Assembly: GCA_004431415.1 (NCBI GenBank)
Contig: QPMI01000434.1
Location: 1 to 64,000 of the forward strand
DNA length: 64,000 bases
Source of the DNA: Cyanophora paradoxa CCMP329
Lineage: Eukaryota > Plantae > Glaucophyta
Direction: 5' to 3'
Notes under the pieces: generated by a model
Database searches by the model: none
What the model saw: only the letters and a program-made list of their open reading frames with translations
Told to the model about the DNA's origin: nothing
Made by a program: the position numbers and the translations under genes
Shown: positions 24,712 through 36,964 of the stretch, piece by piece
How the letters are laid out: every line of letters starts with the position of its first letter
How positions within the stretch are numbered: the first letter of the stretch is position 1

Positions 24712-27267
24712 CTATCGGACGCGGGGCCGGCCCTTGAGGGTGGAGGCGAGCTCGGGGTGGGCGTGCGGGGCGGCGGCGGCGGGCGGCGGGGCGGCGGGGG
24801 CGGGGCCGGCGATGTCGCGGAAGGTGGAGATGCCGAAGCCCGTGACGCAGAGGCCGAGGTCGTCCAGGGGCGAGGGCGGCTGCGAGCCCTCCGACCCCTC
24901 CGAGAGGCTCGCCTTCTCGCTGTTGCTCGACGCGCTCCGCCCCGTCGAGTTCAGCGAGCCCTTGCCGCCCCCGAAGGCGCCGCCGCCCCGCCCCTCGCCC
25001 GCCTTGAGCGGCTGGGGCCGCCGCTCCTTCCCCTTGGCCTCCCGGTAGTTGCTGCTCCCGAAGTTGTACGTGTCCGGCTGCGTCCGCTTGGCCCCGGGCG
25101 GCGGCATCACCGCCCCGGCCTCGTGCGGCGAGCCGCCGATCGGCATCCGCGCGATCCCCGCCGAGAGGCCCGTCGGGCTCCCGTCCGCCTCCCCCGCCTC
25201 GCCCCTGCGCGCCGCGGGGTCAGCGAGGGCCGGCCACAGCGGCGCCCCCCGGGGCCCGCCCGCCCCGCGCACCTGGCCTGGCTCTGGACGAGGACGTTGA
25301 GGATCCACTCGGAGAGGCGCGCCCCGTTGGACGCGAACTTGCGGATGAAGGGGTGCGCCTGCGCCGCGCCCCGCCGCGCACCGTCAGCTCCGGCGCCCCC
25401 GCGGGCCCGTCGGGGCGACGCGCACCAGCAGCTGCTCAACCGTCGCTCGCTTTTCGGGGTCCCGCTCGAGGCTGCGCGCCCTCTCAGAAGAGGCGGGGTC
25501 GCAGGGGGCGAGGGGGCGGGGCGGGGCGGGGAGCACCAGGCGAGGATGAACTTGCGGAACTCGGGGGAGTAGTTGCGCATGGGGATCTTGCTCGCGTCGA
25601 ACGCCTCGATGTGGTGCAGCATCTCCTGCCCCCGCCCGCCGTCACGCGGGGCGCGGCGTTGCAGAGACGGGCGTTCCGCCCGGGGCCGCACCCAGTACGA
25701 GTTGGGGACCCCCAGGGGGTACTTCCCCACCGCGCACTCCAGGAGGGTCATGCCGAGCGCCCAGATGTCCGCCGGGTACTTGTATCCCTTGTCCGAGCGC
25801 ACCCGCTCCGGCTGCCGGCTCGCCTCAGCGTGGCACCGGCGGCGGCGGCGGCGGCGGCGGGCGCACGGCCATGTACTGTATCGTGCCTATGAAGGTGTCG
25901 ACTTGCGTCTGGGTGTTGAGCACGCGGCTGCATATGCCGAAGTCCGCGAGCTTCACCTGCGCCGGCCGGAATCGGCCCCGTGCAGACCACGTGGCGCAAC
26001 GAGCCGGCCGCGCACCTGTCCTCTGCTGTTCATGAGAATGTTTGACGGCTGCGCGAGATAGATCAGGGGGCAGTGCGGGGAGGAGGTGCTGGGACTAAAG
26101 AAAGAAGCAGAAATGAAAAACGATAACACTGACCTTGATGTCGCGGTGGATCTGCTTTCGCTCCTCGTGCACGTAACGCACGCCAAAAAGAACCTTGCGA
26201 GCGATCGCTCGGCTCGGCGCGCGGAACGGCTGCGCGCGCGCGCGCGGTCGAGGCGGCCTGCACACCTGCTGCGCGATGTCCGCGAGGATATCCTCAGAGA
26301 ACGACCCGTTCCGCTTCATCACGTCCGACAGGCTGCCCTGGTCCATGTACTCGGTGATCAAGTAGAAGGACGCGTCCTGCGGAGTTTGGCATCCGCTCAG
26401 CACGCGCGAAACGCGATCCTCCACCAGCGCTGGAGGGCGCGTGGCAAGGGCCGGGCGCGGCGGACCTTGTAGAAGCAGTTGTGGAAGGAGATGATGTGAT
26501 CGCAAGTGTTTTGGTACAGCATCATCGTCTCTTTGAAGACCTCCTCCACCCTGTCGGAGTCGTTGTCGTTCAACGTCATGACCTGCGCCGGCGATCGGCC
26601 GATGGAACTTCGGCCGTGTCACCGGCCAAACCTTGCAAGCTACGATGCGACCAGACGGTGTGTGCCTGCACGCGTGCACGACGCCGCCAGCACCCCTTCC
26701 GATGACTTCTCTCAACTCCAGGTCTTCAAGCCGCGTGACAAGCGACCCGCCGCTGCCAGCCTGGAGAGGGGATGAGTGCCAGCCAGCGGAGAGGGGACGC
26801 TGCCTACATGCCTTGGCACTGATGATGCCGCATGCATTCACTGCGATCTCCTTTGCGCTGAAGGTCCCAGAGGCCGTCCTGCGGACGGGCAGATTGCTCG
26901 GAGGATCGCAAGCAGCAGCGCTGGGGTAGCTTACACGCTGTATCCAGATGCCCCCTTCTTTGTTGGAAAGATAGCTGCTGGGCCTGCTTGGGCGGGCGTC
27001 TGCACGAGCAACGGGGCTTTCGGGCCCTGTGCTTTCCGCGGGCCTGCCACCGCCGCGGCCATCGCCGAAGCCCGACGTGCGCCTAGGCCTAGCTAAAATC
27101 CCTGCGCCGATCCGACCATCCGAGGGACGGACTGCGTCTACCGAGTTTCGCGCCGAACCGATGTCCGACGGTCGATGCAGAACCTTAGGCCGCAACTTGG
27201 AAGCTCGAAACGCTGTACCCCTGCGCCGGCGGTTCGCTTGCGAGTGCATGCTGCGCTGCCTGCGCAT
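24712..27267 (-). CDS. MAP kinase kinase (STE7/MAP2K family); start codon uncertain
   Basis: IGRGAGGVV, VACK, EYMDQGSL, IHRDIKPSNIL, DFGICSRVLNTQTQVDTFIGTIQYMAPER, DIWALGMTLLECAVGKYP; basic N-terminus resembles a D-domain. Confidence 0.9.
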
Positions 27268-27418
27268 GCACGGACTAGCAGCACAGTGCGCATGCAGCAG
27301 CCCTCGCGATTGACGTGCGCACCTCCGCCACCGCAACGTCGACGTCGACAAAATGCTGGCACTCAAATCCACGTGCAAGTGCAAGTGCTGACTTCCAAAT
27401 AGCGCGCTACGGCCGCGG

Positions 27419-29583
27419 TCAGCGCGCAGGACGCCGGAGCTTTACGCGCCCGGGGGCCCCCGCGGCTCCAAAACGGAACAGTTTGCGGCCTGCGAGGCCG
27501 CGGGGGGGCTGCACTGGGCCGGGGGCAGTGGCCGCCGGAGAGCTCGAGTCCGGATGCTCGCCGGGGGGGAGCCCGGCGGTGGCGGAGGCGAGGAGGGAGG
27601 AGAGGAGGGAGGAGAGGTCGGGGTCGGAGGGGAAGGTGCCGGGGGCGAGCGGGGCGCTGGGGCCGGGGCCGGGGGAGGGGCGGGCGATGCGGGCGCCGAG
27701 GGCGTGGAGGGCGGCGACCTTCTCGCGCATGAACCGGTGCGCCTCCGCCACCGCGAAGAGGCGCCCCGCCTCCTCCTCCCCCACCACCTGCCCCGGCCCG
27801 TCTGCCGCAAGCCCAGGCGCCGGCGCGGTTCCGGAGGACGCGGACGCGCACCTGCTCCTCCAGCTCGGGGGCGGGGGCGGGCGCTGGCGGCGCCTCGGCG
27901 GGGGCGGGCGCCACGAGCGCCCTGGCGAGATCCAGTAGCGCCTCTCTGCGCGCGGGAGCGTCACGGCGTCGCTGGGGGACTGGGGGCGGGGGCGGAGCGG
28001 GCACCGGGGGGCCTCGGAGCGGAGGTGCGGGACGGCGGCGTCGGGGGCGGCGGCGGCGAGGGCAGCCCGCAGCTCCTCCTCGGACATCGCTGCGAGGGAG
28101 GCCGCCCCCAGGCCCTCCCTCCTCGCCAGGAAGCGCGGGTACGCCCCTGGGGAGACTCGTCGCCGGCGGCGGGTGGCGGCGACGGAGGCCGGACGAGAGA
28201 GGGCGCACCGGGGGCGGGGTCGACGGCGGGGTCGGCCCCGCGGGCCCAGGCCGTCCGGAACGCAGGGGAGGCCGCCTGGCGGCCCGTGAGGGAGGGGAGG
28301 AGACGGAGAGGGGAAGAAGGGCGGACGCGGGCGCGGAGGCAGGCGGGGGCGAGCTCGGCGAGGTCTCCGAGGAGGGCGAGGCGGGGACAGCGCGAGGCGG
28401 CGGCGCCGCCCGTGAAGTCCCCCACCTCCCGGAACGCCCTGCGCGAGGCTCCGCTCAGCTGGCGATGATATTTAGCTCGGCTGAGCTCTGGAGGGCGGGC
28501 CGCGCGCCGCTGGGTGCGGTCCTGGGAGCGGGGCCGGCGGGCGAGGAAGGCGGGCGGGCGGAGGAGGTCGAGGAGGAGGAGAGCGGGCCCGGAGCCGGCC
28601 TCGCCGGCGTCGCCGGCGTCGCCGGGGTGGGACCAGAGCGAGGCGGCGTGGAGCGCGTCGAGGGGCACGCGGAGGCGGTACACGGCGGCCTCTCTGAAGG
28701 CCCCCGCCGCCCGCCGCAGCCCCCGCGCCGCCCGCGTCCTCGGCATCGCCCCGCCCCGCCCCCGCCGCGCCATCTCCACCAGAGCGTCCGAGCCGCCCCC
28801 CCCCTCCTCCTCCTCCTCCTCCCCCTCCTCTCCCCCGTCCCCCTCCGAGGCGCTGCTCGCTGCGCCGGGTCGGCCGGCGGTGCGCGGGAGGCGCGGGCGC
28901 TGGCCTGACCGGTCTCCCAGGCGTTTTTGTTCGGGTCCAGGCACCACATGCTGCCCTCCAGCTTCGGGCAGTAGCCAGCGAAGTCCAGCCTGGAGGGGGA
29001 GTTTGATTGAGGCAGGCCAGGCCCGGGGATGGCGACGGCGCGCACGCGAGCTCCGTCTCGGAGACGCGGAGGAGGAGGCGGAGGGGGTACGAGGCGACGA
29101 AGAGCCAGTCCCCGACGTGGAGACCCCAGAGGCGACGGCCGGCCACGACGGGAAGGCCCTCGTCCGCGTGTCCGGGTACCTCGTGGTCGGGGGCCTCGCC
29201 CCCCTCCTCCCCATCGTCCCCCTCCTCCTCGTCGCTCCCCTCGCAGCGGTACGGCCCCTCCGGCGGCGCCTCGTCCGCGTCGAACTCCACGCGGTAGCCC
29301 ACGCGCCCGTCGCCCTCGCCTTCGTTCGCCGCCCCGACGCCCGCGTACGTAGAGGCCAGCTCGCACAGCCCTGCAATGCTCGTCTCCTCCTTCCATTCCG
29401 GCAGCAGCCAGTCGTCTCGGAGCGGGTCGACGGCGTGGAACGCGGAGAAGCCGACCTACGAGGCTGAGACGCGTACGCGGATGCACGAGGCGCAGCGCGG
29501 CAGGCACGCACTGCTTGCTGGACGCCCTCGCCCGCGAAGGCTCCCACGAAGGCTCCCACCTCGTACATGTATTCTTTCGCCAT
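27419..29583 (-). CDS. Hypothetical protein with a possible TRF2/HOY1-type PH-like domain
   Basis: Coherent spliced frame from MAKEYMYEVG. The segment LLLDLLRPPAFLARR...FREVGDFTGGAAASRCPRL resembles, from memory, the L..PP.F...W....DFT.GQAS..R.H motif. Confidence 0.5.
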
Positions 29584-29836
29584 GTCGCTCGCGGTAAAAT
29601 CCCAGGCCGTGCGATTCGCAGCTGCGATCCTGCCGCCTACGCCTCGTGTTACTCCCGAACTACTAACGGAATTTGGAGCGCCCTACGGCTTGCTGGACGA
29701 TGCATATGTTTCACCCGCGTCCGCTCCCCGCCCCCCCCCCCCCCCTTCGGGCCCCAGGGGGGTAGAAGCCCGCTAGCCGTTAGCAGCAGCGCCTCCACAT
29801 CCGCCTTCGGGCGCCGCTATACCTCGTGCAACAATC

Positions 29837-31149
29837 ATGCAGCGTCCCGGTTTTAGCTTGCTGGAGCGCACCCTGTGCATCGACCACACCAAGGACGTGC
29901 TCGATCGCACTGAAGGGCGCGCGGCGGCGGTGCGCTTCGCCTCGCCTCAGCATGGGCGCAGCTCGAGCTTCTTCCGTCATAGATGCTAGATGCTACCAAG
30001 ACCAAGCTATGTCGCGCCGCCCCCCGCCTCCTCGCTGGAGAGCGCGTCGTGGCCAGCAATGGAGAGCGCGCTTGCGGGCTCGTTTGCTAGATTGCGCGCC
30101 TCACGGCTGCACGCGAATGCTTATCATAGTATGCTGCGTTGTCAGGGGCTGGAGTGGTCGTGCACGATGCGCGAGCTGCCGTCGCCAGCGCGCGTGGCGC
30201 TGGACGAGTGGCTGCGGCTGCGGCCGCTGCCCGTGCAGACGGACTTCGTGGAGGGCAGCAACGACGCGTACGGCGCATGGGACGACCTCATGGCCCGCCT
30301 CGCGCAGTGCGCCGCCTGCTGCCGCGTACGCTCGTCGCGCACCTCTCCCGATCCGAGCGCTGCGCAGGGCGCACCGGGAGGCCGAGGAGGCCGCGGAGGC
30401 GCGGGCAGCGCTGTCGATGCGGAGGACGGCGAAAGCCGAGCCGTCGCGCCCGCCGCCGCCGCCGAACCCCGTGCAGCCGGACCTGCTCCCGCCTGCCCGG
30501 GAGAGGGGCGGGGAGGCGGAGAGGTGGCGCTACGAGCGGCGGGCGCCGCCTGCGCACGCGCGGGAGGCGTACCGGGCGATCCGAGGGGCGCTGCAGGGCG
30601 CGTGCTCCGTGGATCTGCCCCCGGAGGAGGATGGGTGGAGGCCCGTCGTCGTGCGCCGAGCGCCGGCCCCGCGGCGTGCGCTTGCGGGGCGCCGGCCTCA
30701 CGGGGCGGCCGCGCGCAGCTGCGGGAGACGGCGGCCCGTACGGTGGTCCCCGTGGCGGAGTACCACCACGCCTCGGGGCTCACCCTCTCCGCCACCGAGG
30801 CCCGCCGCCCGCCCCCCCGCCCGCGCAGCGGCCGCTCGCCTGAGCCCCGAGCAGCCCTTCGTCAGGACGGTGGTGAACAACGAGACGCACGGGCGGCCCA
30901 CGGATGTCCGTTTCTCCCGCGAGCGGGTGCGCGGCCCGGCCCCCGCGCGGGGCGGCGTCCCGGAAGCGCTCTCTCACGGCCGGCCCCGGGCCCGGCGGCC
31001 CGATCCGCACAGACCGCCTCGCCAGCGCGCTCGTCGCCTTCGCGGGCACGACCATTGCGGGCGACCTCGCTTTCGCAGCCAGCCCCGATTCCACACTTGG
31101 CAGATGGCAGCGGTTTTGCAACCATCTTGATCACTGTGTGACATCTTGA
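29837..31149 (+). CDS. Hypothetical multi-exon protein
   Basis: ATG in an ACAATC-ATG context similar to the TRP gene (MQRPGFSLLERTLCIDH...), typical introns, coding-like exons ending ...RWQRFCNHLDHCVTS*. No family recognised. Confidence 0.5.
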
Positions 31150-31510
31150 TTCTAGCACAGCGGCTTCCAGCACAAATCTCGCCGCCAGTCGCACGCCGGC
31201 GCGCTAGCTGATCATGATCCTGAGCCCTGCCACTGCCACGTGCACTGCGCTGCCGCAGTGCGCATGTGCATGCGGCCATGCGCGGATTCAATGCAACTGC
31301 GTCCCTTGAGCTTGTACGAGAGTGATGAGAGTGAGTTTGACGCGCCAGTTCGGGAGTGATGAGTGCGCGTTGAACGCTCCTCCGTCCCCCTTGTACATCT
31401 GCGTACCCCTGTCAAATGACCTCTGACCTCCTCTGACATCTAACGTCGACTTCACTTCTTCACTTCTTTCTCCAGGCCGTTATCTGAACATATAACCTCA
31501 AGCGCACAAA

Positions 31511-33125
31511 ATGGCGACGCCCGACATGGTCGCCCTCGATGCTCTGCTTGAGCTGCTGCTGCGGCTGCAGGTGCGCGGTCGATGTTTCATCACCCCGTTT
31601 TTGATGTGTTGGCCGTGTTCTCGAGTCCCTGACGCGCTCCAATTTTGCAGGGGCTCGCGGTGGCGTCCAAGATGTTCCGCAAGACCAAAACCCGCGTTCT
31701 CGCGGTCTGCCAGCGCATTGAGCACAAGATCCCCGTCGTCATTATCAAGCAAGGCGGACACGTGGCCTACGTGGCGGAGAGAGAGTTCGAGTCCACGCCA
31801 AGCCTTCAGGTGACCTCTGAGGGAGGAGTCGGCCTCGGCAGCGCCGAGCTGGAGCTCAAGAGCTTGAAAAACGACGACATCATGCAGTTCGGAAAACTTC
31901 CTGGCTCCAACAACAGCGTCCTCCTTCGCCGCCCACCGCAAGCTGAACAGCGCCCCCCCGCCGTCGGGTCGGGCGCCGCGCCGTGCACTAACCGCGAGAA
32001 GCAGCACCGAGGACGAGGGGGGGGCGGAGGCGCGGGAGGCCGAGAAGTGATGTGGCGGGGCGAGCGTCCAATTGTAGTCGTCCGATTGTAGGCCGTGGAG
32101 GCGCCTCCTCGAGGTGGCTATTTCTGATGTCGCTGGCGAAATCGCACGCTTCTACGTCCGAGTTCTGACGAAAACCTCGGGTCCGAACGCTGCCTCGTCC
32201 CGCGCGCCCAGCGCGGCGCCTGATGCGCATTGATCCGCGCAGACCGATACTACGAGCGGGTTGTAGAAGTTCCTGCATTGCCAGCTCGCATCCCTGCATC
32301 GCCGGCCAGCAAGTCCGACTACTCTGACGTCGACGAGGTCAGATGCCGCCCTCCGAAGCAGCATGTGCAGCAGGAGGGGACAGCCCCGGCGCCCGCCCCG
32401 CTCCCTGCCTTCATCCCGGGCCTGCCTGATGCCAACGAGGTCCGCGTGCTCCCGCCGGCTCTCCCTCTTCTCCTTCCCGCCTTGACCGGGCATGCAGGAT
32501 GCGGTGACGCGCAAGCTGCAGAACCTCTCGGACAACGGCGCCCTCGAGGACGTGGAGTCGCAGATCACTCTGGGGCGGCTCCACCGCAACGGCGCCTTCG
32601 GAAGCCCCGCCACGGTGAGTCCCGTCCTCGCTGTCTCTTTTTCTCGCCGTCCGACCTCCGGGGCAGCAGGCGCAGCAGGGGCAGCAGGCGGCGGCACCCG
32701 CCCCGCTCCCGGCCTTCATCCCGAGCCTGCAGGCGCCAATCTCCGGCCTCCTCGGCGAGCCTCTCCTAGCGCCCTTGTCGCCGGCCTCGCGCCCGTTTGT
32801 GGGGGACCAGTTCGCCCTGGACCTGCCCCTGCCGCCCCTGTCTCCGGCCTCGGGCTCTTCGGTTGACCTGGTGCGCCCCCCGCTTTTCTGCGGTCTCCAC
32901 GCCCCTGTCCTGCTGCTAGCTTACCTGGCGCGCAGGATCTGTTCGACTACGCACCAGTCGATGACGCGATCGATTTTGAGCAGTTCCTCAATGGTGTCTT
33001 GAACGAGGTTCGAGTTCTTACCCCGCTTCTAACCGGCGGACGATGTTTGCCCCGCCTCTAACCGGCGCGCGCAGGATGCGGCCGCGGCCGCTTCTCGCTC
33101 AAACGGCACCCGCGCTTGTTGATTC
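31511..33125 (+). CDS. Hypothetical multi-exon protein of lower GC; 3' end uncertain
   Basis: MATPDMVALDALLELLLRLQ, then a GTGCGC...TTTTGCAG intron, then GLAVASKMFRK...; later exons PWRRLLEVAISDVAGEIARFYVRVLTK and DRYYERVVEV. Confidence 0.5.
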
Positions 33126-33302
33126 AACGGTTTCTCCCCTCTCCTTGCCGCAGTGGCATGCGTGGCAACCCCTCGGGGCCCTCCATTGCCGAACATTGCG
33201 CAAGAGTATAAAGAGCCACTGACTTGCCGCGCGCGTCAGTTGGGTCCGGGGAAGGGAATTTAATCATGTGAACGGGACTGTTGCACTGCAGTGGCTTGGC
33301 AT

Positions 33303-34359
33303 TCACAGCGCGCACAAGACTCGCACAAAATGGGCGGGGGGGCTGCAGTTTGGCAGCCCCGTGCGGGACTGCACTGGACGTTCGCACCGGCCGCCGCTTG
33401 CAGCTGCTTGTCCGTGCAGCGATTGCAGCCGCGCCGCGAGGCGAGGTTGTGACTGCCAGCAGGCGGAATCGATCCCGCAGCAGCCGGCTGCCCGTGCTCT
33501 GCGATTGAGCGCTGTGAGCTCGTATCGCAAGTCGAGCACTTGGTGCGCCTCGCGGACCGACGTGTACAGTCGCCGAGGCGGCGGCCGCGGGTTCCGCGCG
33601 CGCAGCGATGCTCTGCGGCTCCGGCTCATCTGCGACAGCGTATACGCGCATCGAAAAGGTAAGTTTCGAAGGCTTCGAAAGCATAATGACCGCGTACCAC
33701 GTGAGCGGTTCTTTGCACAGGATGCAGTTGCGTGGTGTGCCACAACTTTCGCCGGTCCGAAGCGCACGAAGTGGGCAGCGCAGAGGTCACAGCCCCACAC
33801 GTCTTTGCTGCCGGTGGCTTTGCTCTTCTGCTGACAGTCCCCGCACTCAGGCCGCTCGCTGAACGCGTGGGCGCCGCTGGTCGAGCTGCGGGTTCCTCCA
33901 GGGCGACCTACGCTGGCTGCAGGCGCGGGGGCGCGACATCCTGGCACATGACTGTACAGCGCGTCCCTCGTGCAGAAGTGCTGGGCGCAGTGCAGGCACT
34001 TGCCGCCGTATTGGCGCCGAGACCCGCCACAGCCCGGCAGGCCGCAGGGCTGGCTCGCTGGCTCGATGTCGACTCCGATAGCAATGTCCGCGGGGGGCGC
34101 CGATCCCCGCGGACGGCCAGACCGTGGGAGGCTCATCGGCGGGCCAGCGCGGGAGATGTATCGGGTACGTCAAAAAGACTTTTGCAGGGTAAGTTAACGC
34201 ACTCTCCAATGCGATTGGCTAGCGCGCGGGGCGTCCTCCTACACGACCGCGCTCGCGCCCGGCCTCGCTCCCGCTGCACAGAATGTCGGGCATGATGCAA
34301 GCATTGACCACGAACTGGTCTGGCCCGTATATCTGCTCCCTGTGCGTCGCTGGACCCAT
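33303..34359 (-). CDS. Hypothetical Cys/His-rich protein (AN1-like plus a second CxxC...CxxC zinc-finger-like cluster); structure uncertain
   Basis: CGLPGC-x10-CLHCAQHFC-x7-H-x3-C and CGDC-x14-CDLC in ORF 33303-34136; possible upstream ATG at 34359. Confidence 0.4.
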
Positions 34360-34894
34360 TTTTGTCCCGGGTGTTGGTGCCTGTTCCTGGATCACCCTTT
34401 GGTCGGACGGGACCGGGAGACACGGTTTCGGGGTCCCCTGGGGATGCGCTTTCAGGACGTACCGCGCGGCCCGGGTTTTGCGGAGGTCGGGGAAATGGGA
34501 TTTGGGGTAGGGTTGGGCCCGAGGGACAGGGACAGGGGAAGTGATTTTCCCTTCCCCAATTACGAGGTAGAAACGGGCGCCCTTACTAAGTTAAGTGCTT
34601 TTCCTTGTTCCCTTCCCTTCTGTCACGTCCCTCATGTTTTCGGATCGACGTTGTCGCCTTTCATTTCGCGTGCACATCCGTAGCTTTTCGAAGCAGTTTT
34701 GCAATCTTCACGTTCCAATTCGTAGACGCTGCTGGCCAGACTTAGATGCACATGTCTTCTCAGAGCCTCGGAGAGTCTGTCGGCCGCTGCCGCCTCGTGC
34801 AAATAGCCAAGCTCTCGGTTCCTGCGCTCTCGATGCAGCGCGCTGGCCTGGCTGCTCTGCGGGCTGGAGCTGCCTGGCTGCTCTGCGGGGGCGG

Positions 34895-36929
34895 CTACTG
34901 GGGCAGGGCGACGCGGAGGCCGCCGAGCTCGTTCTCGGGGGGGGCGAGGTCCGCGAGGTCGATGCCGTAGAGGGCGCCGTACTTGTCGCAGAGGTAGCGG
35001 AGGAAGACGGCGGGGTTCAGCGGCTGGCCCGTCACCGCCGCGCACAGCTCGTCCCCCGAGGCGTGCAGCGAGCCCAGGCGGTGCACCTTCTCCTTCAGCC
35101 ACTCCCGCAGCACCTTGAACTCTGCCCCCGCGTGCGCCCCTCAGGGCTCCCGGGGGCGCCTCCCCCCGGGGCGCGGGGGCACCGCCGGCGGCGAGCTTGG
35201 CGTTGAGGTCGGGGATCTCCTTCTGCGCCTGCGCGACGAGCTGCGCCGCGTACATCGCGCCAAGCGTGTACGACGGGAAGTAGCCCCAGGCCCCCGAGGG
35301 CCAGTGGATGTCCTGCAGGACGCCCACGCCGTGGTCCGGCGGCACCACCCCCAGGTACGAGCGGTACTGCGGGGGGTTCAGTCACGCCCGATCGCAGAGC
35401 GGGGCGGGCAGCCGGCGTCGACGTCGGAGCCGGGGGGGGTACCTTCTCGTTCCAGACTTCGGGGAGGTCCGACGCTCTGATCTGGAGGCGGGCGCGCGCT
35501 CAGACGCGCGGGGCGCGGGGCGCGGGGCGCGGGGCGCGGGGCGCGCGCCTTGCCGGCGAAGAGGTCGCGCTCGATCTCGAAGCGGACGATGATGTGCAGG
35601 GGGTACGTCACCTCGTCCGCCTCCACACGGATCAGGCTCTTCTCCACGAAGTTCTGCCGGGGCGGTCTCAGCGCGGGGAGAGCGGGGCAGAAGGGGCGCT
35701 CGCCTGGGCGCGGTAGAAGTTGTCGGGGGTGGCCCCCTTCTCGCCCCCGAAGCGGTCGGGGAAGGTCCGCTGCACCAGGGGCCCGAAGTGGCGCCAGAAG
35801 GCCATCGACTGGCCCACCTGCGCCCCCGCAAGGGCCCTCAGCGACCCGGGGGCAGGGCGGGGGGGCGGGGGGGCGGTGGGGCCGGGGGCGCGCCATGCGC
35901 TCCCAGAGGAGGGACTGGGACTCGTGGACGCCCATGGAGAGCGCCTCGTTCACCGGCTCGTCCGCGTGCTCCGCGTTTCGCCCCTGCTCGTACAGCGCGT
36001 GCCCTGCCCCCAGCACGGGGCGAGCCGCCCCGCGCCCCTCAGCTCGAGCCCGCGTGGGGCCGGCCTGCCCAGCGCGGGGCGCACCGGTCTCGTGGACGGT
36101 GCCGAAGAGGGAGGAGAGGAAGTCCTCCTCCCTGCGGAGGAGAGGAAGCTCGGGGCGGGGCGGGGTGAATGGGGGCGGGGCGGGGCGGGGCGGCACGTGT
36201 AGCGGGTCGTGATGCGGACGTCGGCGTGGGAGAAGGAGAAGGTGCACGGCTGCGGCGGGCGGCGCTCGACGAGGAGCAGAGGGGGGCGCCAGCGGGCAGG
36301 GGGGGTAGACGCACGTGGGCGGAGACGTCGAGGCGGCCGTTGTGCGTGTCGAACCCGAGGGCCCTCATCACCGTCTCCCCCAGCTCCACCTGCCCCCGCC
36401 GAGGTCACCAGCCGGCGAGGGGCCTCGGCGGGGGCGGCGGGGGCGGCGGGGGGCGGGCCTGGGCGGCTTTGGGGAAGGGCCCCTTGAGGAACTCGGTGCG
36501 GAAGGCGCGGTCCTTCTCTGCTGCCCCCGCCACCCGCTCCACCAGCGGCACCAGGCCCACCTGAGGGGCGGCCCGCCACGTCGAATCCCGTCCCGTCGCG
36601 TCGGGCGGGGCGGGGCCGCGAGGACCTTGAGGCGGTCGAAGATGGCGGAGATGCGCCCCGCGGTCATCCCCCGCTCGAACTGCGCGGCGGCGAGCTGCAG
36701 CTCCAGGTCCAAGATAGGGCGCCCCCGCCGCGCGCAGGGGGCCCCGGGCCCGCCGGCCTCTAGGAGCTCGATGCCGGCGGCGCGCGCGCCAAGGTGCGGG
36801 GAGGGCGGGGCCCGGGCGGGCGCGCACGTCGTCGATGGAGAGGTCGTAGGGGTCGGCCGTCGGGTCCACCGCCGCCGCCACCTCCCGCCGCACCTCCACC
36901 CACTTCTGCCTGCCCCCGCCGTCGCCAAG

Positions 36930-36964
<35 letters not shown>

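Noticed and set aside
29567-29776. Plus-strand ORF whose ATG overlaps the minus-strand ATG in CATG at 29581-29584
   Set aside because: A better-context ATG at 29837 explains the downstream gene, and the short ORF has no other support.
31322-31436. Possible C/D box snoRNA (GTGATGA at 31322 and 31356, CTGA at 31423 and 31433)
   Set aside because: The terminal stem is weak and I could identify no rRNA-complementary guide; an Infernal/snoscan search is needed.
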